DNA of 64,000 nt, from NCBI RefSeq assembly GCF_009914755.1, contig NC_060931.1; one strand, 5' to 3'. Each line of letters opens with the position of its first letter. Positions within the stretch are counted from its first letter, which is position 1. This stretch comes from the human T2T-CHM13v2.0 reference genome, Homo sapiens. The position numbers and the translations under genes were made by a program. Positions 53,518-64,000 of the stretch are shown here, piece by piece. Below the pieces are notes generated by a model. That model made no database searches. It worked only from the letters and a program-made list of their open reading frames with translations, and was not told the DNA's origin.

Positions 53518-55237
53518 TGTTTTTTATTTTAGATAAATTATTCTGATTGACATGTACAGAATGGATTGGTGGAGGAAGGCTAGCAACAGGAAGACCACTG
53601 GGAATGTGTTGCAATAATCCAGCTGAATGATGTGGCCTGAATTTAGTGTAGTGACAACAGGGAAGGAAAGAATGAAACAAATTTGCAAGGTGTTAAGGTA
53701 TTGGCACCAGAAAAACTGTTAATGGGGAATGGAGAAGACAAAGTTGAGGATGACCCCTGGGTTTCTGGTCTGAGCATAAATGGGTAGTGTTTTATTTCCT
53801 GAGATTAAAAATCTTAAGAAGACAGGTTTGGCCCACACTGTAAAAAAATGCAAAAGGAAAAAGAGAAAGAGAAGGCACCACATCGGTAAAAGTTACTGTC
53901 TTTGGAATGCGGCTGGAGGGGATGGTCATTTAGCTTTCTTCTTTCCAATTTGAAATGTTCAACATTTCCATCATAAGAATGTATATATTGGGGGGATATC
54001 AAGAATGTAAGTTAGATACTTCAGAGTCCTTGTGAGTCTTCACCATTTGAAATCATGGATGTGAAGTATGTAAGTTTGTTAGTGTTGTATGGTTTGTGGA
54101 ACTTCAAAAGCTTCCATAAAGATAGTGAAGAGGCTTTCAAAAAATAAGCAGTTCCGTTGAAGACTGGCTTTTAAATTAAACAACTTTCCAGTTTATGTGA
54201 TAATTTCAATACAGGGACATAAACAGGTTAAGTCCAAGAGGCAGAGTTAAAGGTGAGAAACTAGAATTAAATCAATTATGAAATCACTTGTATTCTGAAA
54301 TGACAGGACAAAAAAAAAATTCAGCAATGATATTTTATCTGAAATAACAGGTAATTAAAATTGAACAGATGACAATGATGAATCTCTTGAAGTAGTAACT
54401 CCCATTTTTACACAGCACTCATCTTTAATGAGCAACAACCACCACAGGTTTATAAAGAAAAAATATGTCAAAGTAGATTGCTTTTTTTGTTCAGTATACA
54501 ATTTCAGAATTAGAAACAAAGAGTGACTGCGTTATTTCTTGATTGGAGTGGAATACTTGAATCTGTGTGGATGGCAGTTTGGTACTTGGGATCCAGAAGA
54601 GAGGTTTAAGATGAGTAGAGAAGTATTTGTTCAGGGTGTCATGAGGCAGAACTTAGTGATGTTTTGCAGGTTTGCTAGTTGAAATACTCCAAAAAAATAA
54701 AAGGAGCAAAATGAAGACAAAAGTTAGGTAATATTGTCTGTTCGGTGGTTGGATTTCTTCCCTCCAGAATAAAAGCAAAATGGAAAGCAGACATTTTTAA
54801 CAGCTGGAAGCGAGAACTCAGGAAACCACAGATGTGACAAAGAAACAATGCATGATAACAGACCCTGCGGTGGCCCATCATCATGCAGCTCTGTGTAACT
54901 CCTCACCTTGTGCTTCCAGTGCACACAGATGTGTTGGCTAGCATTATAGGCTCTTGGGAAATGTAGGCTATTGACATTAAAACACTACGTTTTTAGTAGT
55001 TCCTTTATTAGGGAAAGCATTTTTTATTTTCTTATCAACATTTGTATGCATGTTTTTTTTTTTTTGCACCCCTCTGTAGAACATTTTTACATCAACCATT
55101 TGCCTTTTCTGGTCCAGTGGAAAATTCTGTGATAAGATACACACCCTGTTCCCAGTGTTTTGGGCGGAGGGGGGTGGGTATTGCCCAACGTGGCAGGTTA
55201 TTTTAATCTGTTCCGAGTATGGAACAGTTTACTGTCA

Positions 55238-55650
<413 letters not shown>

Positions 55651-55987
55651 TAGTTAACTTTCAAAGTCTAAATCCAAGTTTAGTATTCCTGCTGCTAAGC
55701 TAACCACTAGTCAAATAGAAATGGGAAACCTGGCTAAAAATAAATAATGCTCAATGAATGCTTTTACCATGTTTGGGGCTTTGTTTTGTTTTTTTACTGT
55801 CTTCTCTACAAGCTCATCAAACAGCAGATCTCCCACAAGTTGCTTTACAGGTTAAGGTGACACAGAGTTAACAGCCACAAGCCACCCTAGAAAGAGAGGC
55901 TACGAATGAACTGGACATGTTGATTGACCCTTATCTGAGTGTTGGAAGTTTAGCCTCTTGTATAGCCTTATTAATAATTCCTTATGG

Positions 55988-56276
55988 TGGGAAGGGTGCA
56001 GTGCCTTACCCCTTTAATCCTAGCACTTTGGGAGGCCGAGGCGGGTGGATCACCTGAGGTCAGGAGTTTGAGACCAGCCTGACCAACGTGGTGAAACCCC
56101 ATCTCTACTAAAAATACAAAAATTAGCACCTGTAATCCCAGCTACTCAGGAGGCTGAGGCAGGAGAATTGCTTGAACCTGGGAGGTGGAGTTTGCAGTGA
56201 GCCAAGTTCACGCCACTGCCCTCCAGCCTGGGTGATGAGTGAGACTCTGTCTCAAATAATAATAATAATAATAATA
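55988..56276 (+). mobile_element. AluS with (TAA)n tail and a short deletion after the linker
   Basis: TSD aataattccttatgg. Confidence 0.88.
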
Positions 56277-56414
56277 AATAATTCCTTATGGAATTGCTAA
56301 GATGACAAAATGGGACCTCTCCATTGTCTACTTCTCATTATTATTTTCTTGATTTTTCTGGGTTACAGACGTTTGGTTCATGCTCACCAAATATTCATAG
56401 AAAGACAAAATGCT

Positions 56415-56843
<429 letters not shown>

Positions 56844-57129
56844 TTAAAATCAGGTGAACCCAATTACTTAGCTAAATTATGTAAGAAGCAAAAGCTCAAT
56901 TTCTTTAACATGGAGATAAAAATGCCTACCATATACAGTTCTAGACAACACATAGGACAATTAAATGTTAGATACCTTGACAAAAACAATAGCTTAACAG
57001 CTTGTATCATGTTAAAACAGTTCGCTTCTTCTTGATCTTTCATAATAACTTGTCTCTGCTTGCAATGCCTACATGTGACGATCTTAAAACTTAAAGGCAA
57101 GCTAATTCGTTTCACTTTCATTCCTCTAG

Positions 57130-57220
57130 GCAAGGAGCAAATGCCACACGAGATGAGCTGACAACATCTGCGTTCCTGACTGTTCAGTTGGATCGGTCCC
57201 TTGGAGGACAGGCTGTGCAG
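57130..57220 (+). CDS. SCIN: Scinderin coding exon (probably exon 10), 91 bp
   Basis: ctctag|G CAA...CAG|gttggg; (W)[30 protein letters not shown]; phase 2 matches the previous exon. Confidence 0.95.
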
Positions 57221-57554
57221 GTTGGGATATTTTTACCCCCAAAACTCACACAAGTTAAAGTCTTGCTAGCTCAATGGATAGCTATAGCTCCCTCCCAAGT
57301 TGGGATAGAAATTTGACATTTTCTTGATATGAACTGTGTTTTCATTTTGAAATTCAAATATTCCTACTCTCATTTCAAATTAGTTATCTCAGATTCTGGA
57401 AAGGAGGTAGCAAACAAAAACAACAAAAATCTATCAACAGGTGTAAGATTCCAAAAGAATCTTCCCAATAGAATCACACCCTATGTCAATGATAGCCTCT
57501 TGACATTAAAACGGTTTTATCTGTATTACTGTTTCCAGCTGTTGTTCAACAGAT

Positions 57555-58300
57555 ACAGTAGGCAGAATAATGCCCCCAAGGTGTTCATGTCCTAATCCTC
57601 AGGACCTGTGAGTGTGATATGTTACAAAGCAAAGGAGAATTAAGGTCGGAGATGGAGTTATGGTTGTTCATCAGCAGATCTTAAACTAGGGAGATTATCT
57701 GGGATTACTGGGTGGGCCTAGCGTAATCACCAGGGTCCTTGTAAGTAAAACAGAAGCCAGACAGAGTCAGAGGGATGCAGCATGGGAAAGACTCAACCAG
57801 CGATTGCTAGCTTTGAGGATAGAAGGAACAATTACATATTATGTAGTTGCAAATTGCTAGAACGAGGATATCGAACATTCCCAACACAAAGAAATGATAA
57901 ATATTTGAGATGATGTTATGCTAGTTACCCTAATTTGATCACTATACATTGTATGTACCCCATGAATATCTACAATTATTATTAATCAATTAAAAAATAA
58001 AATTAAAAAAAAAGAAGGTGGAAGAGAGTCCCCAGCAAAGGAATATGGGCAACCTCTAGAAGCCAGAAAAAGCAAGGAATAGATTGATTCCTAGAGCCTC
58101 TGGAAAGGACTATAGCCCTGCAATAGCTTGATTTTAGCCCTGTGACTAAATTGTTATTCCAGATTTTAGCCCAGTTACTAAATTAGCCCCATAACTCATT
58201 TCAGACTTATGACCTCCAAAACTGTAAGATGATAAATTTGTGTTGTTTTAAGCCACTAAATCATAGTAATTTGTTACAGCAACAATGAGAAATAAATACA
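57555..58300 (+). mobile_element. MLT1D-like LTR interrupted by an L1 3' fragment (~57828-58012)
   Basis: GTAGGCAGAATAATGCCCCCAAG...GGAGATTATCTGGGATTA...GACCTCCAAAACTGTAAGATGATAAATTTGTGTTGTTTTAAGCCACTAAA; insert CCCAACACAAAGAAATGATAAATATTTGAGATGATG plus poly-A. Confidence 0.75.
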
Positions 58301-58499
58301 ACAGTGCAGAACAAGCACAGATTAACAATTCGAATTAATAGGTTAAAAAAAGATTCATTTTCTTACACTCTCAAATCGTAAACATGCGTAAGTTATGTTT
58401 TGCACAAGTAAACAGAAATAAATCTTGATAAAATAGCATGGGTCCTTATATTTCCCTTTTAGGTACCAGAATCTTTACTGAAACAAAGTCCAACACCCA

Positions 58500-58790
58500 A
58501 AAGTGAGGGAGGAAGTGGTGGAGAGGGAGAAAGGATGAACAGAAATGGGAGGGACAAAGAGAAAAGACAGGGAGAAAGGGGAAAGAAAAGGGATAGGAGG
58601 AGAGGAGAGGGAAGAGAAGAGAGGGAAATCATGGAGGAAGAAATGAGACAAGTAAGGAGGAGAGGAGGGGGAAGAGAAGAGAGGGAAATCATGGAGGAAG
58701 AAATGAGACAAGTAAGAAGGAGGAGAGAAGAGGAAGGGCAAGGGAGAGGATAGTGTGAGAGGGAGGAGAGATTGAGAGGGAGGAGAGATG
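58500..58790 (+). repeat. Polypurine tract containing a near-perfect 60-bp tandem duplication (58595-58716)
   Basis: GAAGAGAAGAGAGGGAAATCATGGAGGAAGAAATGAGACAAGTAAG repeated with period 60. Confidence 0.9.
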
Positions 58791-61433
58791 TATTTTTTTA
58801 CTTGGGTATTTCTGAAATAAAAAATTACTTGTCGAGAATGACTGAATCCAAATTCAAAATGAAAATTTCATGTAATTATAAATGAGTCAACTTTTTAGTA
58901 TATCTATCTATCTAACTTATCTATCTTAGGTATCTCTATCTAGAGAGAGAGATTAAGATAGAGAAAAAGGGACAGGAAGAGATAATATGCTGTTTTATTT
59001 ATTATAAAACTTTAAATGTTATACAATATCAGACGATATCAATGTCTAGTTCTAGATCTCCTCACTGTGTCTAAGAGACTGCTGTTTCTAGCCTGGTTCA
59101 ATCTTCTGTACTCTCCTAAGTTCAACTGCTCCTCCTTTTATATTTATGGTGGAGTATCTGCTACTTGTTTCAGGACGCTTATTAGTTACCATGAAAAAGT
59201 TTTTGGGTCTTTGTTTTTTAGATTCCCTTACTGTATAACTGACATACAGACTTCAAGAAGACCCTATTTTCCTCTAGTGTGCCCCAATGTGTCCGTCTGC
59301 TTTCTCGTTCATTCTGTGAGAGAGTACTTTGTTGTTCCTTTTTCCTACAGCTAGCTGGAACTATCTCTCTCCCTCTCTCTCATTCCCTGTGTCTTCCTAG
59401 CTGGAGCTGCACACACTGCTGCCTGTTTTCTGCCTGCCTGTTGTCTTTGGCCAGTTTCTGAGAAGCCATCTGCTCCCATCTGGTGGGAAAAGCATCTTAC
59501 AGATTAGAGTTCAAACTGAAAGCAGGTGCTTACTTGGCCAATGCAGTGATGTTTCTGATACAGCAGCATTAAACACTCCCTTTACATGGTTGTGCCTGTT
59601 TAACTTCCTCATTCCTGATGTCAAGGGAGCTAAGACTCTATATGGTACAAAAGGGTTTTTCTGTCTTGTTTTCAAATCTTTGTAAGTGTGTAATTGCTTA
59701 TTTTAATGTAATAATTAAATAGAGAGAGGCAAGTTAGACACTTCAGAACATAAAGTATAAGATGTGAAGGCTGAAGTTGGTCTTCCAGCTGGTCTCCTTT
59801 CCATCTTGATACAAGTTAGTAGATACAAAAATCAAGTTAAATCTAAATTTAAAGGCGCATGTTAACTTTTTAAAAATAAGTTAACTTGCTACTTTTAATC
59901 AATAAATTAATGAAATGACTGAATTCTTTAAATGCACTCAATTCTATGGAATTTAGTTGATCTTTAAGGTATTACTTACCAAACTATTAAAAAACTATGA
60001 AGACATGCATTGTCTTACATATTTCATATTTCATAGTACTATATTTGATGCACTCGATTAATGAGTTACCATGAATTGTTAGCCGGTTGAATCCTAAATT
60101 GACAACAAAATGGTAATTTTTAGTTTAATCACTAGATGGCAGTAGCTTACAATAATGCATGAAAAAACTAAAGTATTGCGGTTTTCAACGCTCCTTTGTA
60201 GAATATATTAACCATATTGAACATATTTTAATCAGCCTTTTTTCTTTCTTATTCTCCTTTGACAGTAAGGGATGGGCCTTAATCAGTGTTTCTCTTTCTC
60301 TCATGTTGGCAATTAAAGTTTTCTCCATGTTATATGAAATGCTAAGCTAACAGTTTTAGGTATTTGTGAGACTATAACTGACAAAACGTTTCCATAATTT
60401 GCTGCTCACTTATTTGAATGCCTACTAATTGAAATATATTTATGAAGTCAATTATTTTCAATGCCTTTCGGCCTCCCTATATGCAGGTATGTATATGCAT
60501 GTAATGAGTACATGCATCAGCATTCCCATTCACCTGGCTTCTAGAAAAAGACAAACCAGGGGAAGTGAGACAGTTCAATTTTAGCACAGGGCAGAACAAA
60601 TGAAAACAATGGGAGACTGACATGAAATTTGAACTCTTTATGTAAATGCATCAATAGTTTGTGTGAGAAATAGGAAATTCTAATCCAATATTTGGGGCTA
60701 ATAAATAAAATCAAGAAAATAATTTCCCTTTTTTTTTCAATTTCCTCATCCTGAAAAGTCTTTATATTGTATTTTTTAAAGTTTCTTATATTGAGCATAT
60801 CTACTATTACATTTCTATAGGTAAGTTAAAAAGTAGAAAACATATTCTGTTTATTTTTGCCCATTTTTAGTGCTTGCATAGCAATCTTTGTGTGTGTGTG
60901 TAATTTTTTTATTTTACAAATACAGAGATATAGAAATAATGGGTATGATTTGGGGTCATCTTATGTTGTGAAGCATTTGAATGCACATCTCTTAACCTTC
61001 TGAACCAGATCCAAAACACGTGAGATTCTAGTACCTCTGTAAATATCTGTAAGTGTTACTGGTGCCCTTGAAAGAAGAGTGATTTTCACATAAGGTCGCA
61101 GACACCAGCACCTTTTCTCTTTCGGAGATGTAGATGAACAGACTTACATCTTCATACTTTTCAAAAACAGAAAGTATTGGAGCATGGTGATGTTTCCCCT
61201 GACAAGAAACTACTCATGGACACCGTGCCTGCGATAACAAAAGATTCTCAAGTCAACAGGGAAAATTAATTATCATTAACCTATATGTTCTGTTAATCAT
61301 CATTCCTCCTGCTCTTGACTTTTTATTTTTTGTTTTATTTTCAAAAAGACAACATAAGAACACATTTGGAACTAAAACCTTCTTTCACAGCACTCTTAAT
61401 TATATTTCTTTTATTCCCCCTCTCCCCCATCAG

Positions 61434-61604
61434 ATCCGAGTCTCCCAAGGCAAAGAGCCTGTTCACCTACTGAGTTTGTTCAAAGACAAACCGCTCATTA
61501 TTTACAAGAATGGAACATCAAAGAAAGGAGGTCAGGCACCTGCTCCCCCTACACGCCTCTTTCAAGTCCGGAGAAACCTGGCATCTATCACCAGAATTGT
61601 GGAG
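61434..61604 (+). CDS. SCIN: Scinderin coding exon (probably exon 11), 171 bp
   Basis: catcag|ATC...GAG|gtaatg; [57 protein letters not shown]. Confidence 0.97.
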
Positions 61605-62899
61605 GTAATGTCATGCATTCCATAAAACATGCCCTAGTTATGGACTTCCCAATGGACCTGAGCCATCAGCAAATATTAGACTTTAAAAACTTGGCAAATA
61701 AACTCCCTTCATTCCTATAATTAATCCACTGTTCAAAATTTTAAAAACATTTAAAGCAGGAGAGTTGAGTAAAAAGTAAAACTCCAGATACCAGGCCTTT
61801 CGCAATTTTCAATTACATTGAACCCAAACAGATAAATTTTTAAGAATACTGTCACAAATTAGCTGTCAAAAGCGTGAGGCTGCTTAAGCTCCATCTTGAA
61901 AGGCCTTAGGTGGATAGATCATGGGTGATGGTCAGGTGACTGATCACACTGGAGACATTTGAGAGGGAAGGCCCTCGTTTGCCCAAGTGTAACAAATATG
62001 GGAGGCATGTCCCACCACACTGGACCAGAACCATAACTGAACTGGCCCCATGAGCTGTTTCTGACAGCAGCTGGGATCAAACCCCATGCCATGGTGCCAT
62101 AAGATAAGAAGACCTCCAGGTATAGACAAGGCCAGCCTGCCCAGGTTTTTAAATGGCTAAGTGCTTTCACCTTAGGACAATCCTGTCACCCCAGTCACCA
62201 TTGAAATCCAGGTCTTCCACATCACCCTTACGCTGCCTGGCATGCTCTGCATATCAAGCCTGGAGCTGTCCCTCAAACTTGCCCTCCATACAAGTCAATC
62301 AGCAGACCCCTTAAACTTGGGTTGGTCATCTCATCCCTCCACCTGCAACTTCTTCTCTAAGCCTCCCTCTCCCTGCACCTGATTTCTCTACGACTGTCCT
62401 CTGAGGACAGATTCCCTGGCAGCCCTCTCAAGTGGAACTTGTGTTTTCCCAAGACCCACTCACCATGGCCTCAGGGATGGGGCTGGACAAGTTCCCTCCC
62501 TGCTCACCCTTACCTCTTTGATTTTATCTTGCCTCTCTCTTTTATATCAGACTTTCCGTCCTCTAGACCTCTTGTGCTTTCATAGACTGAACTGCCAGTC
62601 CTCCTCTTCTTTGATGACTTCAGCCATTATCTCACTATTTCCATCTCTCCGGCTTCTCTCTTCCAGCAGTCTTTTCCTTGACCGCATTTCATCTCACACT
62701 CACATGGTCCTATACTAAATTTTGCCATTTGCAATAACTATAGCTCCTCAGAAATCTGTTTCAGTCATCTAATCTCTGACAACTCTCTCCTGTCCTTTGG
62801 CTCCTTTACTCCAGAATGCACATTCTGGCAATTCTCCAGGCCTATAGCTGAATCCATGAACCCGCTGCCTCCTTCACACCCCATGCTTCATGTCCTCCT

Positions 62900-64000
62900 T
62901 TCTCCCCAGATCCCCAGCACCCCCTTCTCTCTACTGATAACTTTGATTCAGAGTTCACAGAGAAGATAAATCAGGCATAAATCTCCTTATCTACTCCCCT
63001 GCAACTTTATCAATTTGTCTGCATCTGTGTATATATTCTCTTTCCCTCCTCTTTTATGAAATAAATATCAAATTTTTATTTATTTTTTAAGTTAATATTT
63101 TATATTAGGAATTTCCATATGATGAAGTGTCTTGTAAGTGAATATTATATACTATATGTATTATATATATACTATTATCCATAAATTAGCAATAAATAAT
63201 ATATTTGTGTACAGTGATATATCAATAAATAATTTATTAAATGTTTATTACATAGACTATTGCTCCTATCTAAGGCCCAATTCCTCCCCCACCCATCTGG
63301 CCACCAACTTCTGTCCGGATCCTTCCCTCTTTTGCTTTCCTAAGGAATCTCCTGGATTTCTGTCTTTCCCGTGCATTTATTCCATTTCTATTTCATCATG
63401 ATTGCAGGCAGTAATCTCCTTTCATTCTGTATTATCAATTTATTTTTCTATCTGGAATCATTCACTTTGAACTACAAAGATGGCTGTAACAGAAACCTCC
63501 TGTCATTTCTTTAAAAACTGTGTCTTGACCTTGACCATGACCTTCTCCAGCTACTGCATCATTTCTCTGTCCTTCTTAAGAGCACATATCATTGAAAGGT
63601 TTGTCTTGAGTGTTTTCACTCACTCACCATCTCTACTTTTTAAAGCCAGTTCTCTCTAAAGCCACCTCAATCAGGTATCCATCCCACTAGTCCACTGAAA
63701 TGGTTTTTATCTAGTTTGCCAGTGACCTGCCACATGCCACAAACAAAGGTCACTTTTCTGATCTCATTTTTCTCAACCTCCCACTAGCATTTGCCAGTCA
63801 GCCTTTCCAGTTTTATTGAGCAATTCTTTTTTCACTAGGTGAATGTATCCCCACACTTACAATGGTTTCTTCCTAATCTATCGGCCACTCCTCTCGGGCT
63901 AGTTTGCTGCGTTTTCCTCTTCTGTTTGACCTCTAAGTTCTTGAGCGCTCCAAGTCTCGGCCTTGGCCCCTTCACTGTGGTCTCATTCAGTCATATGGTT
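62900..64000 (+). mobile_element. Ancient L2-like fragments
   Basis: TCCACTGAAATGGTTTTTATCTAGTTTGCCAGTGACCT...CTCAACCTCCCACTAGCATTTG; similar decayed sequence at ~6100-7250. Confidence 0.5.

Noticed and set aside
58459-58753. Repetitive E/R- or S/L/P-rich ORFs
   Set aside because: Products of the purine-rich tandem repeat.

Overview
Human/primate genomic DNA covering nine consecutive coding exons (probably exons 3-11) of SCIN (scinderin/adseverin, gelsolin family) on the + strand. All nine have canonical AG/GT boundaries and splice into one continuous frame. The introns are rich in transposons. The largest insertion is an antisense, env-deleted gammaretrovirus-like provirus with a tRNA-Phe PBS (HERV-Fc2/LTR46-like, 9529-16687), carrying nested AluY and L1 insertions. 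There are also MER50-like and MER11-like LTRs, a 5'-inverted L1, many Alus, MaLR LTRs and DNA-transposon MITEs. Two structures are unusual. (1) The MER11 (HERV-K/HML-8) LTR is fused to a 63-nt copy of tRNA-Lys(CTT) including CCA plus a 10-nt second U5 tip, all inside one 6-bp TSD; this looks like a fossil of reverse transcriptase reading through its primer tRNA. (2) The HERV-F provirus's 5' LTR is preceded by a copy of the env end/PPT that belongs before the 3' LTR. Repeat family names and exon numbers come from recalled consensus sequences, not from a database search.
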